The notes: a model not told the origin generated them from the sequence alone. DNA of 64,000 nt from Candidatus Zixiibacteriota bacterium (GCA_024278935.1 JAJRSF010000007.1:66799-130798), one strand, 5' to 3'. Shown: positions 27,516-37,601, numbered from the stretch's first letter. Numbers and translations are program-made.

Positions 27516-28763
27516 TTATGGACTAACTATTAATTGAACTGCAATATCTGAACGTTGTTCTACACCATGAGCATCAAAGACATATATGTGATAATATGAT
27601 GTACCTACTGGTGGTAATATTGCAAACTCTCTTGTATTTACATTTGATTCATATGTAACCAATTCAGAATTTGTAGTAATATTAACAGTATTTGCGGTGT
27701 ACAGACGGTAAGATTCAAAATCTGGTTCATCAGAGCGTGTCCAACTGAAATATGCTGAGTCACCCGGTGCTCCAGTGTATGTAACCAATAGCTCGACCGC
27801 TTCAGGACGAGTATTTATATTTATCAAATCAAATGATGTCAAGGCAGCGGCATTATTGCCTGCTTCATCAGTGAAGTTTCCGGTAACTGTTGCTTCATGC
27901 ACATTGCTATTGTTGGGAGCGACGTACCATCCGTAATAGACACCATCGTTAGCAACCGGATCAAAGCCGGTACCATCATCAACTAAATCAATATTGCCAG
28001 AGCCAGTAAATGAAGCACGGGCTGTTCCATTGAGTTCATTTGCTACAAGAGCAAATTTAATTGTATCACTTGAAAGGAATACAGAGTCTGGATCTAGAAA
28101 GAAAACAGAATCGATTCGTGCTTCAGTATCTAAAATAATAGAGTCATGTAGCAGTTCACTATTTGAAGCACCGTTGCTAAAGAGTAAACGAGCATAAATA
28201 TTTTTGACACCATCACCATCTGAAAGGGTAAAAGCTCTCTGCCCTGAAAATGGTTCGTAGACCGCTCCATCAAAAGTAGAATCTTCTGATAGTTGTACAT
28301 TGGTAGCAGAGTTTACAACGGTAAACTGTACTTGCACAGACTGCCTGTTAGCAAAGTCGTTATTATTATCAATGACCATGGATAAAACACCTACTTGGGT
28401 GAACAGTTCATCGGTGCGATAGCCTTCGAGTCCATCGCTGTTCACAGCAGCTATTTTGATATAATAAAGTCTATTGGTAATCAAGTTATCTAAATCAATA
28501 GCTAGTGAAGTTGTTGAATCTTTGAGTTTATAATCTAAGGTATCATTTTCTGAAAGATAGATTCGGTATAAAGAAATATCGGAAGCATCTTCGATTTCCC
28601 AGCTGAGTGAGATCGACAGGTTATTTACAAACAACTGTACATTTTGCGGAACAGGCAAATCGGTCGGTACCGATTGGACCGGGTCTCTTGACTCTAAGTA
28701 TCTATCGCAGGCAGAAGAACCTAAGACAACGAGTGCTAAAACTATATATAGATATTTTTTCAT
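27516..28763 (-). CDS. Lipoprotein with fibronectin type III-like domains
   Basis: 415 aa. Lipobox LGSSAC. FN3-like segments (PQNVQLFVNNLSISLSWE...YRIYLS...YYIKIAAVNSDGLEG, and ...SWTRSDEPDFESYRLY...). Confidence 0.55.
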   Translation of the reverse strand: MKKYLYIVLALVVLGSSACDRYLESRDPVQSVPTDLPVPQNVQLFVNNLSISLSWEIEDASDISLYRIYLSENDTLDYKLKDSTTSLAIDLDNLITNRLYYIKIAAVNSDGLEGYRTDELFTQVGVLSMVIDNNNDFANRQSVQVQFTVVNSATNVQLSEDSTFDGAVYEPFSGQRAFTLSDGDGVKNIYARLLFSNGASNSELLHDSIILDTEARIDSVFFLDPDSVFLSSDTIKFALVANELNGTARASFTGSGNIDLVDDGTGFDPVANDGVYYGWYVAPNNSNVHEATVTGNFTDEAGNNAAALTSFDLININTRPEAVELLVTYTGAPGDSAYFSWTRSDEPDFESYRLYTANTVNITTNSELVTYESNVNTREFAILPPVGTSYYHIYVFDAHGVEQRSDIAVQLIVSP

Positions 28764-28779
28764 GCTTTAAATTCCTCGC

Positions 28780-29526
28780 TTAAACATGATACGAAAGGTT
28801 CAGACCAACATTTTGCGAACTTGTCGATGGTGTTAAAGTAACGTTCTTTACTTTGAAAGTTCCTTTTTCTTCCGGGAAGAAAAATAGAGCATCTATGACA
28901 GAAAGTGACCAAACGGCAATCACAGACCCGATAGCAATACGTCGCATATTTTCAGCATCGTAGGCTCTATCTTTTGCATTTGTCAGTCTTGGAAGAAGCT
29001 CTTCGAGGTCATTCACATTTCCATTTTGGCTTAGAGCATTGTACTCATCATCAAGTGCTATAAAGCGATCATACTTAGTATCAAAATCATCGTCTGCTTT
29101 ATAGTACCCAAAGGCAGTTGCTGCCGCAAAGAATGTATAGAACAGACCTTTGAATTTCTGGTTTGAATATCTCTGCCCCCACCCCGGGATCACCATGGAA
29201 CGAATAGCAGATTTGAATCTTGTCTTTGGAGTCAGTTTGATATGCAGTTCCATCTGTTTTGACGGGTCCAAAATTACTTTGGTTGTATACCGTGCATAGC
29301 CGTATCTTTCGATTGTAATTTTATAAAAGCCTATAAGAGTTTGTCTGAAGACAGTGGGTGTGACACCTGATACAATAGTATTCCCGGAAAGAGTCACTAA
29401 TGCACCATCAGGATTTGTACTGATCGAAAGAGACCCGGATGTTTGCGACAAAGCTGTCTGGAAAAATGCTGATAAGATAAAAATGCTTATGGAAGCATAA
29501 ATTGTAAAATTCCTTTTAAACGTCAT
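28780..29526 (-). CDS. PEGA-domain protein with a C-terminal membrane-associated region
   Basis: 248 aa with a signal peptide. LSISTNPDGALVTLSG...GVTP...YKITIERYGY (PEGA-like), then IPGWGQRY... Confidence 0.55.
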   Translation of the reverse strand: MTFKRNFTIYASISIFILSAFFQTALSQTSGSLSISTNPDGALVTLSGNTIVSGVTPTVFRQTLIGFYKITIERYGYARYTTKVILDPSKQMELHIKLTPKTRFKSAIRSMVIPGWGQRYSNQKFKGLFYTFFAAATAFGYYKADDDFDTKYDRFIALDDEYNALSQNGNVNDLEELLPRLTNAKDRAYDAENMRRIAIGSVIAVWSLSVIDALFFFPEEKGTFKVKNVTLTPSTSSQNVGLNLSYHV

Positions 29527-29653
29527 ATCATCCCTTGATATTTCATATTTATACTATAGTATCGGAATTATAGTAGATACATTGAGTTAAAACAAGCTAT
29601 AAAAAAACCGTGATAAATCACGGTTATAAAATTTAATCATATATTAAAATGTC

Positions 29654-30592
29654 TTAGTGAGCACCGTGCCCAGTGCAGACAACTTTGATCGTTTTAAACA
29701 TTATCTTAATATCAAACCAAATTGATTGGTTCTCAATGTAATGTAAGTCATGCTCTACCTTGGTGACAACAGCAGAAATAGAATCATCGTATCCGCTTTC
29801 GATTTGAGCTAAACCGGTCAAGCCAGGTTTTACTTCAAGTCTTTTTGCGTAACCTTCAACTTTTTGATCTAGTTCCTGTACAAATTTAGGACGTTCAGGA
29901 CGCGGACCAACTAAAGACATATCACCTTTTAAGATATTGAGAAACTGAGGAATTTCATCTAAGCGTGAGTTTCTCAAAAATTGACCTAATTTGGTTATTC
30001 TGGTATCATTTTTAGAAGCCCAGACCGGACCTGAATTTTTCTCGGCATCGTTTACCATAGTACGGAATTTCAATACTTCAAAAGTTTTACCAAAGACATT
30101 ATCACGACGACGATCGCGGCTGCGGTTATCATCAATATCAGCCTGCTGATAAACTCTTCTTCCCTTTTTACGACTGTTTTTACCAACACGAACTTGTGAG
30201 TAAAATACAGGACCACGAGAGTCTAATTTTATCAGGATAGGAAGAATAATCCATACCGGTAATGTAAGAATAATCCCGACAATTGCTCCAACGATGTCCA
30301 TAGTACGTTTCACGAAGTTATATATTGTCAATGCTCTAGTTCTCGATTCAGTCAAAAGTTTAGGTACCGCAAAGATAAAGACAGATGTTAAAATCACAAA
30401 CAAAAATCCTTTAAAATACTCAGCAAACAGAAAATTGAGCTGTTCAGAGAATGTCAATGTCCCTATTGAAGATGCTTCTTGGGCAGCCTCAACAGTAGAT
30501 GCCGACCCATAAGAATACTCTCTTGATGGAATCGAAACGACATGTTCTGATTGGGAACGAATATTGAGTTTTTGGTTTGTGTTGTTATTCAT
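29654..30592 (-). CDS. Undecaprenyl-phosphate sugar phosphotransferase (bacterial sugar transferase family)
   Basis: 312 aa. DIVGAIVGIILTLP, KFRTM, DEIPQFLNILKGDMSLVGPRPERP and KPGLTGLAQ motifs. Confidence 0.85.
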   Translation of the reverse strand: MNNNTNQKLNIRSQSEHVVSIPSREYSYGSASTVEAAQEASSIGTLTFSEQLNFLFAEYFKGFLFVILTSVFIFAVPKLLTESRTRALTIYNFVKRTMDIVGAIVGIILTLPVWIILPILIKLDSRGPVFYSQVRVGKNSRKKGRRVYQQADIDDNRSRDRRRDNVFGKTFEVLKFRTMVNDAEKNSGPVWASKNDTRITKLGQFLRNSRLDEIPQFLNILKGDMSLVGPRPERPKFVQELDQKVEGYAKRLEVKPGLTGLAQIESGYDDSISAVVTKVEHDLHYIENQSIWFDIKIMFKTIKVVCTGHGAH

Positions 30593-30660
30593 TTTTTGAT
30601 TGTCTAATCTCTGCTAAATTTCTCTAAAAGTTAATTTTTCTACGTTATGAACTTGTATGA

Positions 30661-30676
30661 AGCAAAAGATTTGCCA
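30661..30676 (-). promoter_or_regulatory. Candidate sigma54 (-24/-12) promoter upstream of the sugar-transferase operon
   Basis: The minus strand reads TGGCAAatcttTTGCT with canonical GG-to-GC spacing. It lies about 70 nt upstream of the ATG at 30592. Confidence 0.5.
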
Positions 30677-30888
30677 AAAACATAAAACGGAGAATAAAAC
30701 TTTCACACCACACAACTCAAACTGCTATCATGTTGAGTGTCAGAAAGATACGAACGACCTACAATGCGAGATTTTTTTATAGTAGAGTAATCTTGTTCTC
30801 TTTTATGAGAAAATCAGTTTTCTGAACATGAAAAGACACAATACATGCACCCCTTTGCGTACTATGTGTGACTTTCTATTGCAGACAT

Positions 30889-30916
30889 AAAAAACCAGCC
30901 AAAAGGCTGGTTTTTT
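30889..30916 (-). terminator. Bidirectional rho-independent terminator after the PorV-like OMP gene
   Basis: A-run, CCAGCC aaaa GGCTGG, T6. Confidence 0.6.
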
Positions 30917-30936
30917 ATCAGTATTTGTAATCTTTG

Positions 30937-31887
30937 TTATTTTCCGAATTTGAGAATGAGCGAAAAGCGATGTAAGCTTTCATTTGAATAAGAATCGGAA
31001 GTTGTGAAGGCATAATCTAGAGCGGCCGAGTTGAATTCGATCCCTGCACCAAATGACAGGTTAGAGCTAAAACTCCGATCGGCTTCATCGACAAAATAGT
31101 TGTATCCACTTCGGAGATAGTATTGCTGATTGAAATTATACTCTACCCCATGACGAACGATAATATTACCTTCCAGTTTTTTCTCCGCTTCTATTGAAGT
31201 TGCAAAAGCTTCAGTGAACGGATAAAATGAAAGCCCAAGTCTAGCGGTTGCCGGGAGACTTTCTTCGACCGTATCAAATTTCATCTTAGAACCAAAGTTA
31301 CCCATATACCCGGCGATGGCAAATTTTGTCGCGATATATTTAAAACCGATATCAGCGGCAAAGGCAGATGCACTGAGGTCATCGATGCTTTGGTTGACGT
31401 ATTTTACTGTAAAGCCTAAAGACAAATTATCAGTCGCCTGGAAAGCAGCCGAGACAGCACCTGACCAATCGTAGACTGATATATCATTGGCAAGCGGTTC
31501 ACCATTGATACCGTATCTTTTAATCGTTCCGTAGTTCAGGTATGTAATAGACCCTGCTATTGCGGTTGTAGAATTTAAACGTTTAGCGATAGTACCATGC
31601 TCCAAGGAGACATCCTGATACCAATCAAAATGCCCAAGGAGAACTTCGCCTGCTTCGACCGACATTAATCCTGCCGGATTCCAATATGCAGCATCGGCAC
31701 CCTCTGACATTGCTGTATATGCACCACCCATCCCTGCCGACTTTGCTCCTACACCAATAGAGAGAAAGTCTGCTGAAGTTCTACCCGCCTGTGATTGAGC
31801 TGACAGATTTCCACTCATCAGAATGAAAATTGCCAGTAGACAGATCAGAGGGAGAGAACTTTGTTTTCGATTGAAGAATATACTCAT
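30937..31887 (-). CDS. PorV/PorQ-like beta-barrel outer-membrane protein
   Basis: Signal peptide, then GVGAKSAGMGGAYTAMSEGADAAYWNPAGL, typical of PorV-like OMPs. I prefer the ATG at 31887 (GAGGA 7 nt upstream) over the GTG at 31899. Confidence 0.55.
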   Translation of the reverse strand: MSIFFNRKQSSLPLICLLAIFILMSGNLSAQSQAGRTSADFLSIGVGAKSAGMGGAYTAMSEGADAAYWNPAGLMSVEAGEVLLGHFDWYQDVSLEHGTIAKRLNSTTAIAGSITYLNYGTIKRYGINGEPLANDISVYDWSGAVSAAFQATDNLSLGFTVKYVNQSIDDLSASAFAADIGFKYIATKFAIAGYMGNFGSKMKFDTVEESLPATARLGLSFYPFTEAFATSIEAEKKLEGNIIVRHGVEYNFNQQYYLRSGYNYFVDEADRSFSSNLSFGAGIEFNSAALDYAFTTSDSYSNESLHRFSLILKFGK

Positions 31888-31928
31888 AATAATCCTCACT
31901 GTTTCATTAGTTTCACCAAACTATATAT

Positions 31929-31944
31929 GGCAAGGCTAATGCCA
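31929..31944 (-). promoter_or_regulatory. Candidate sigma54 (-24/-12) promoter upstream of the PorV-like OMP gene
   Basis: The minus strand reads TGGCATtagccTTGCC with canonical spacing. It lies about 40 nt upstream of the ATG at 31887. Confidence 0.5.
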
Positions 31945-32483
31945 ACAGTGCTTGTAATGCTCCTTTAAAAACCTAACATTCATATTCGTAGGGAGTAATC
32001 GAGTTAAGCTATTGCGACGGTTTCTATTATCTTTAGTTATCAGGTTCATAAATATTTTTTAAGTCTCTTCTTTTCTTTTCTAATTCTAACTAAATTTGTC
32101 TCTTTATTGACCAGTAGACAACATTTCAATCTCTATAGACACAGTCCTATTTTGTAGTTCGTTATCTTCTAAGGCTTTACTTCTCCTGTTCAATAACTCA
32201 ACAGCAATATCTGTATTGTCGGTTTTTTGAACAGGAACTGAACCAATATATGGGGAACAACCACCATTTATATAGCCTAGAAGCCACATTTATAACTTAT
32301 TGTCAACAAAAAACATACATTAAATGGAAATTTTTTCCTATTCGTAACCAATTAGGTTTAAGGCGGTTACAAGGAGAAGAATTGAAGTAAAAAGCATTGA
32401 ACCAATTATTTTATAAAAGAATTAAATTTTTCATACTATTTAGACAATTATTACCTATTATAGTTCCATCGAAAGGGCATTAA

Positions 32484-33500
32484 ATGACATTTGTTTTACA
32501 ACATAAAGTACGTATGGAAAATCAAATTAGTAGTTTTCTCGCTCAATTTGGTACTCAATCTTTATCGTACCATACTTTGCAATCTGAATTATCATATTAT
32601 CGGACTCTACATGGGTATATTGCATATCGAGAGTTCAACGGTGAGACGATTGTACTTGGTGACCCTATCGCAAACAGTTCCGACTATGCTCAAATAGTTG
32701 AACAGTTTTTACAATTTCGACCTGCCTGTTCGTTTATTCAAGTGAGTAAAAAAATGGCTCAGATTTTAGCCCGACAGACATTCTCTATAAATCATTTTGG
32801 TGATGAATCTCAAATCGCCCTCCCCTATCTAATACAAGGGAAACAAAAGAAAGAGATTCGGAATCTGGTAAATTCTGCTAAACGGGAGAATATTAAAGTT
32901 CGTGAGATTCTTAATCGAGATGAGTTACATTCGCTGATTAACAGTGATAAAAAATATGCGTTCAATAAATTCTTTCCGCATAGCAGAGTTAAAGAATATT
33001 CTTTTTTATCTCGGACGCTTTCTCATACTGATGAAAAAGATGTAAGAATTTTTGGAGGGTTCCATGAGAATGCATTGGTTTGCTATTCACTTTTTGACCC
33101 GATTTATGAAGATGAAAAAATCATCGGCTACTCCGAAGCGATAACTCGTCAAGCGACAAACACGCCAAAAGGAAGTCGGAGCTATACTCTCATTGAAGCG
33201 ATGGGACATTTTGAATCGGAGCAGATAAAGTTTGTCAATATAGGGCTACTTCCATTTTATCCTGAGCAAAAGGCAGATAATTCTTTGGCAGGTTATAGTA
33301 ACGGAGTTGTTAAAGCTCTGTTTATGATGTTGTATAAAACAAGCCCGATGGTTTCAAATTTTGCGGGTTTGTCATTTCATAAGTCACGCTATCGGGGCGA
33401 ATTAATTCCAAAGTATTTTGCGACAAATTCATCCAACCCATATAAGACTTTGCTCTGTATTTATAAATTAACAAGTGGAAATTGGTTGCCGTTTTTTTAG
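32484..33500 (+). CDS. DUF2156-like protein (related to the C-terminal domain of phosphatidylglycerol lysyltransferase)
   Basis: 338 aa. GYIAYREFNGETIVLGDPIA...KEIRNLVNSAKRENIKV pattern resembles the DUF2156 family. Confidence 0.55.
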   Translation: MTFVLQHKVRMENQISSFLAQFGTQSLSYHTLQSELSYYRTLHGYIAYREFNGETIVLGDPIANSSDYAQIVEQFLQFRPACSFIQVSKKMAQILARQTFSINHFGDESQIALPYLIQGKQKKEIRNLVNSAKRENIKVREILNRDELHSLINSDKKYAFNKFFPHSRVKEYSFLSRTLSHTDEKDVRIFGGFHENALVCYSLFDPIYEDEKIIGYSEAITRQATNTPKGSRSYTLIEAMGHFESEQIKFVNIGLLPFYPEQKADNSLAGYSNGVVKALFMMLYKTSPMVSNFAGLSFHKSRYRGELIPKYFATNSSNPYKTLLCIYKLTSGNWLPFF

Positions 33501-33520
33501 AGAGATTAAAGAGAGTAGTT

Positions 33521-34318
33521 TTATTTCAGACGAGCTTTCATCTTGCTATAGATAGCAGAGCCAAAAGTTAAATTCTTCGACAATGGTTGCATTTGAATAA
33601 CTCGAGTTTTTGCTTTTGAAATTCGTTCCTGTGTATCAGGATGTGACGAGACCAGTTGTTCGTATTTTGATTGCCCTGAACCGCCGAGTTCGGCAAGTTT
33701 TTGAAACATTGTGACCGCACCATTTGGATTGTACCCCGCCTTGACCATATATATCATGCCAAAATTATCGGACTCCCGTTCGTTGCTTCGAGAGTAGCCA
33801 GCGAATGTCAACCCCATCCCAACCCCAATAGCAGCGTTGACTGCATCGGACGCTTCTTCTGACCCAAAGACTAATTGATATGCTATTTGAGTTCCGAGAG
33901 CTGCCTGCATACGTTTGATGCCATGTCTGCTGACAACGTGGGAGATTTCATGTGCCATAACTGCGGCAAGTTCGGCTTCGTTGTCCATCGCTTTGAGAAG
34001 CCCTGTATAAAAATAGATATACCCACCCGGAGCCGCAAAAGCATTTATTTGGTCAGAGTCGATAACTTTAAAATGAAATGTTATATTGTTTCTATCTGAG
34101 ACTGCGACGATTTTTTGTCCGACCTCATTGAGATAGTTTTGCCAGATGAGATCATCGAGAATTTTTTCGGTTTCTTCGACCTGCTTCGCCATCCCCTTGC
34201 CGATTGCAATCTCCTGACTTTCAGGAATGAGAATAAAAGATTGTTTTCCACCCGGTCCGGTAGTTACGCAAGAGAGAAACAGACAGCAGAGAGTGAGCAG
34301 TAATATTTTTTTAGACAT
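33521..34318 (-). CDS. M48-family zinc metalloprotease lipoprotein
   Basis: 265 aa. Lipobox LFLSC, HEISH zinc motif (AVMAHEISHVVSRH), downstream ESDNFG. Confidence 0.8.
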   Translation of the reverse strand: MSKKILLLTLCCLFLSCVTTGPGGKQSFILIPESQEIAIGKGMAKQVEETEKILDDLIWQNYLNEVGQKIVAVSDRNNITFHFKVIDSDQINAFAAPGGYIYFYTGLLKAMDNEAELAAVMAHEISHVVSRHGIKRMQAALGTQIAYQLVFGSEEASDAVNAAIGVGMGLTFAGYSRSNERESDNFGMIYMVKAGYNPNGAVTMFQKLAELGGSGQSKYEQLVSSHPDTQERISKAKTRVIQMQPLSKNLTFGSAIYSKMKARLK

Positions 34319-34334
34319 CGTTGAAAGTCCGATT

Positions 34335-34757
34335 CTATTTTTTCGCTTTTTTAACTAAATCACCAATAAGAGGGAGTTTGTAATTTTTACCCTGTAAGGC
34401 AAAGTAGATTCCAAAGACTGCTAGAGCAACTGCAATAATTAAAATAGCTTTGAATACAAAGGCGGAGATTCCATCGATTAAAAAGATCACTGCAATAAGT
34501 TCTACAAGGAAAAGCATCACACCCTGTTTGGCATGGAACTGTGCTTCTTTATTATCTTTCATATTCAACAACGGGACAAAACAGAGGAACGGGATATAGG
34601 ACATAATAGCGGCCATGCGCCCCTCTTCCGATTGGAAGTCATCGGCAATCGGGCTATCATCATCTTTTAAAACAGGAGCACCTAATTCAGGGATTGCTTT
34701 AGTTTCCTGTTCTATTTTTTCATTTTCATCTTTAAAAAAAGATTCAGTCATAAACAC
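34335..34757 (-). CDS. Small membrane protein, DUF4870-like
   Basis: 140 aa. ...IMSYIPFLCFVPLL...EAQFHAKQG... followed by two TM helices. Confidence 0.5.
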   Translation of the reverse strand: MFMTESFFKDENEKIEQETKAIPELGAPVLKDDDSPIADDFQSEEGRMAAIMSYIPFLCFVPLLNMKDNKEAQFHAKQGVMLFLVELIAVIFLIDGISAFVFKAILIIAVALAVFGIYFALQGKNYKLPLIGDLVKKAKK

Positions 34758-34766
34758 CTCGATACT

Positions 34767-36887
34767 TTAAAACATCGGCCAAAACATTTCCTGACCTTTT
34801 TGAGGAATCATCATCTCAATCGGTTTGGAATCAGGAATTGTCTCTATCTTATTTTCGCCTTCAGATAAAGAAAGTGTGAACAGAATTTTGCCAAAGCCAT
34901 TTGGTAATAGACTTTGTCTGTTAATCGCAATTTCTAAATCTTCTTTAAAAGCGTAAGAGAATTCTTTCTCTTGTATAGTATCATATTTCCCGAACAGAAT
35001 TTCAATATTAAAATTATTTAAATGTGAGAATTCTACAACAAGTTTGTGACTGCTATTTGGTTTAAATTGAGCCGAATTAAACTGTATTCGAAAATAGAGA
35101 TTGTCGTGGTCAAAGCCAAACTGGATTTTTTCGACTTGTTTGCTGACCCTATGCATCGCTCCGCCGTCATCGGCAACATCAAATGAACCTGCTTCGCCCC
35201 ATTCGTAGAAATGAGTCCGTTTACCGTCAATAGTTGGAAAGATTAACCCATCGGGCATTATTGGTTCGTTGATAGCGTCACTAGAAGTTATCGGGATTTT
35301 CAGTTCTGCCGGAATCTCAGTCTGTAAAAGTGAGTAGACTGCTCCAAGATGGTTCCGAAATATCAGATCAAATTCTTTGTTATGTGCACCACGGTGTTCA
35401 TCGCCGTACCACCAACACCAGTCGGAACCTTCGGCGATATAAATTTTTTCCCATGCTTGCTTAATCAAGTTTGTATCAAAGTCCGGATTTTCATTTTCAA
35501 ATTGCACTAAGAATTTACGGGCATCGTAGAGCAGATCCCATGCTCGGTTGTCTTCGGCGTGTCCAATCCAGATTTTGAAATTATGGTTTATCCATGAGCC
35601 AGCAAAAAGTGATGGAAGTTCTACCGCTTGCAAAGTCTTCGCACAATCCGACATACCAACAGCTTCGATAAGTTCATCTTTGTGTAACCGTTCATAGAGC
35701 AGTTCGAGAAATTCTTTACCGTCGTTTTCAAAATACTCCCAGGCATTTTCACCATCCAAAATTACCGGAATGACAATATTATCGAGATTGTCAACAAACC
35801 GTTCTCGAATATTGTATAGATGTTCTATAAAATCATCAACCGCTTGCTTACTTTCCATACCAGAATAAACAAAGCCTACTCTATCAGAAAGAGCGTGGTC
35901 TCTGAAAAACAGACAAAGATTATTGTATTTATATAATTGATAAGGATGATTCTTATCAGAGTCCATCCCGTATTTCAGAAGCGAGTTATATAGGATTTCT
36001 TCGTCGGTTGCAATCCACTGAATTTTATTATCATCAATGAGCATTGCGGCAGTTTCTGAAACAGAGCCTTCCGACGGCCACATACCTTGTAATGGTGAAC
36101 CAAAAAGTTCTTGAAATTTATTAACAGACATAGCAATCTGTTTATCGGCATCCTCAGGATGCATAAAACGATGCTTCGGTAGAGTAAGGTGCGGCAGTGC
36201 TTCTTTTGCTGAATCTGAATCACATAAGAGCGGAAGAATAGGATGATAATATGGCGTGAAAGAGATGTCAATTTTCTTCTCTTTATATAATTTTTGGTAA
36301 GTCGGAAGAATCTTTTTAAGATGTTCAAGCTGCCAAATTAAAAACTTCTCTTTATCTTGTTCTGTGAAATTTCTCTCTTTATGAAAGAGCTTTGCAATTA
36401 TTTTTTCCGTGCGAAAGATAGGGTCGATCCAAGTCAGGTTTGACCAGAGTTGAATGTCTCGTATTTCTTGTGAAGAAAAAAGCGATATTGTTATTTTGTC
36501 ATGAGAAATTGACTGTGCTTTTTTATATAATTCAAAATACCTTTTGTAAGGTCGAATCATTGTTTCATGTGGGGCTGAAAAAAAGGTCTTAAGGATTTCT
36601 TCTTTTTCAGAAACAGTGAGTTTGTCGGATTCTATTTTTGTGAGAGCAAGATGTGGGTCATCGGCACCTTGGGTGTAGAGTTCCAGTTGATCAAGTAAGG
36701 CTGGGACAAGATTAAATGTGACGGTGACATCGGAGAATTTGGATGCTAGTAGAGGCATATCCAAATAGTCTTTGAGTGCGTGTAAACGCACCCAAGGAAG
36801 AACCATATGAGAAGAAGTAGCATCCCTGTAATCAGGTTGATGCATATGCCAAAGAATTGCAATTTTGACCGGTTTCATTTCGGACAA
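34767..36887 (-). CDS. Glycoside hydrolase family 57 protein (alpha-glucan-active enzyme)
   Basis: 706 aa. N-terminal ILWHMHQPDYRD...LHALKDYLDMP is GH57-like. Start is either the TTG at 36887 or the ATG at 36878. Confidence 0.78.
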   Translation of the reverse strand: MSEMKPVKIAILWHMHQPDYRDATSSHMVLPWVRLHALKDYLDMPLLASKFSDVTVTFNLVPALLDQLELYTQGADDPHLALTKIESDKLTVSEKEEILKTFFSAPHETMIRPYKRYFELYKKAQSISHDKITISLFSSQEIRDIQLWSNLTWIDPIFRTEKIIAKLFHKERNFTEQDKEKFLIWQLEHLKKILPTYQKLYKEKKIDISFTPYYHPILPLLCDSDSAKEALPHLTLPKHRFMHPEDADKQIAMSVNKFQELFGSPLQGMWPSEGSVSETAAMLIDDNKIQWIATDEEILYNSLLKYGMDSDKNHPYQLYKYNNLCLFFRDHALSDRVGFVYSGMESKQAVDDFIEHLYNIRERFVDNLDNIVIPVILDGENAWEYFENDGKEFLELLYERLHKDELIEAVGMSDCAKTLQAVELPSLFAGSWINHNFKIWIGHAEDNRAWDLLYDARKFLVQFENENPDFDTNLIKQAWEKIYIAEGSDWCWWYGDEHRGAHNKEFDLIFRNHLGAVYSLLQTEIPAELKIPITSSDAINEPIMPDGLIFPTIDGKRTHFYEWGEAGSFDVADDGGAMHRVSKQVEKIQFGFDHDNLYFRIQFNSAQFKPNSSHKLVVEFSHLNNFNIEILFGKYDTIQEKEFSYAFKEDLEIAINRQSLLPNGFGKILFTLSLSEGENKIETIPDSKPIEMMIPQKGQEMFWPMF

Positions 36888-36914
36888 AACGAACCTTCTC
36901 TCTTTAGGACAAAT

Positions 36915-37601
36915 TTATTTTTTACTTTTTTCACCAAAAAGTAAAGCAGCATTTTTTTCTAAACGAGACCCGGCAAGGTTGTCTTTGATATATTCATAAT
37001 GAGTTTTGGCAGCGTCTGTTTTACCAAGCAACAATAAATTTCTCATTGCATCGAAATGATATTCACCGGCAGAAGGACCGTCAGTATCTATAGCGATAGC
37101 TTCTTCATATTTTGTTGATGCTTCGTCATATTTACCTTGATTTTCTAAAGCAGTAGCAATACCGGCAAGTGATGCTGCAGATTTAAGTTTGTCTGCGGCA
37201 AATTTGCTTGTATACATTTCAAAAAACCGAATAGCTTCGGGATAGTTTTGAGTCTCAAGATTTATTTTACCTGAAAGGTAGGTCGCGTTCTGGGCAGCTT
37301 CGGTGCCACCATGATTATCCAGTACCGTCTGTAAAGAAAGAAGAGCACTTTGATAACTTTTTTGACGATACTCTACAACAGCTTTTGAATAGAGACTTGA
37401 CCCTTCAATTGCTTGTTTTTCCTGCATGTCTACAAAAAATACAATAGCAGAAATAGCTAGAACAATGACAACAAATCCAATAACGTAATACTGCCAGCTA
37501 TCAGTAACTTGCTGTTTGGCAGTCAGCATAAAGTGTGTGAATTTATCTTCTTTGATCTGTTTTTTAGTTAGTTTAACTTTCCCGTACATTTCATACTCCA
37601 A
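36915..37601 (-). CDS. Membrane-anchored TPR protein (YfgM-like)
   Basis: 228 aa. One N-terminal TM helix, then TPR-like repeats. Confidence 0.5.
   Translation of the reverse strand: MEYEMYGKVKLTKKQIKEDKFTHFMLTAKQQVTDSWQYYVIGFVVIVLAISAIVFFVDMQEKQAIEGSSLYSKAVVEYRQKSYQSALLSLQTVLDNHGGTEAAQNATYLSGKINLETQNYPEAIRFFEMYTSKFAADKLKSAASLAGIATALENQGKYDEASTKYEEAIAIDTDGPSAGEYHFDAMRNLLLLGKTDAAKTHYEYIKDNLAGSRLEKNAALLFGEKSKK

Noticed and set aside
31928-31943. Plus-strand sigma54-like match TGGCAAggctaATGCC
   Set aside because: It is the mirror image of the palindromic core of the better minus-strand promoter. Its -12 element is weaker (ATGC) and there is no plus-strand gene for about 540 nt.
32104-32289. 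61-aa ORF as a real gene
   Set aside because: It has no RBS and no clear family, only a faint OmpA-like C-terminal resemblance. I kept it only as a possible remnant in the findings.
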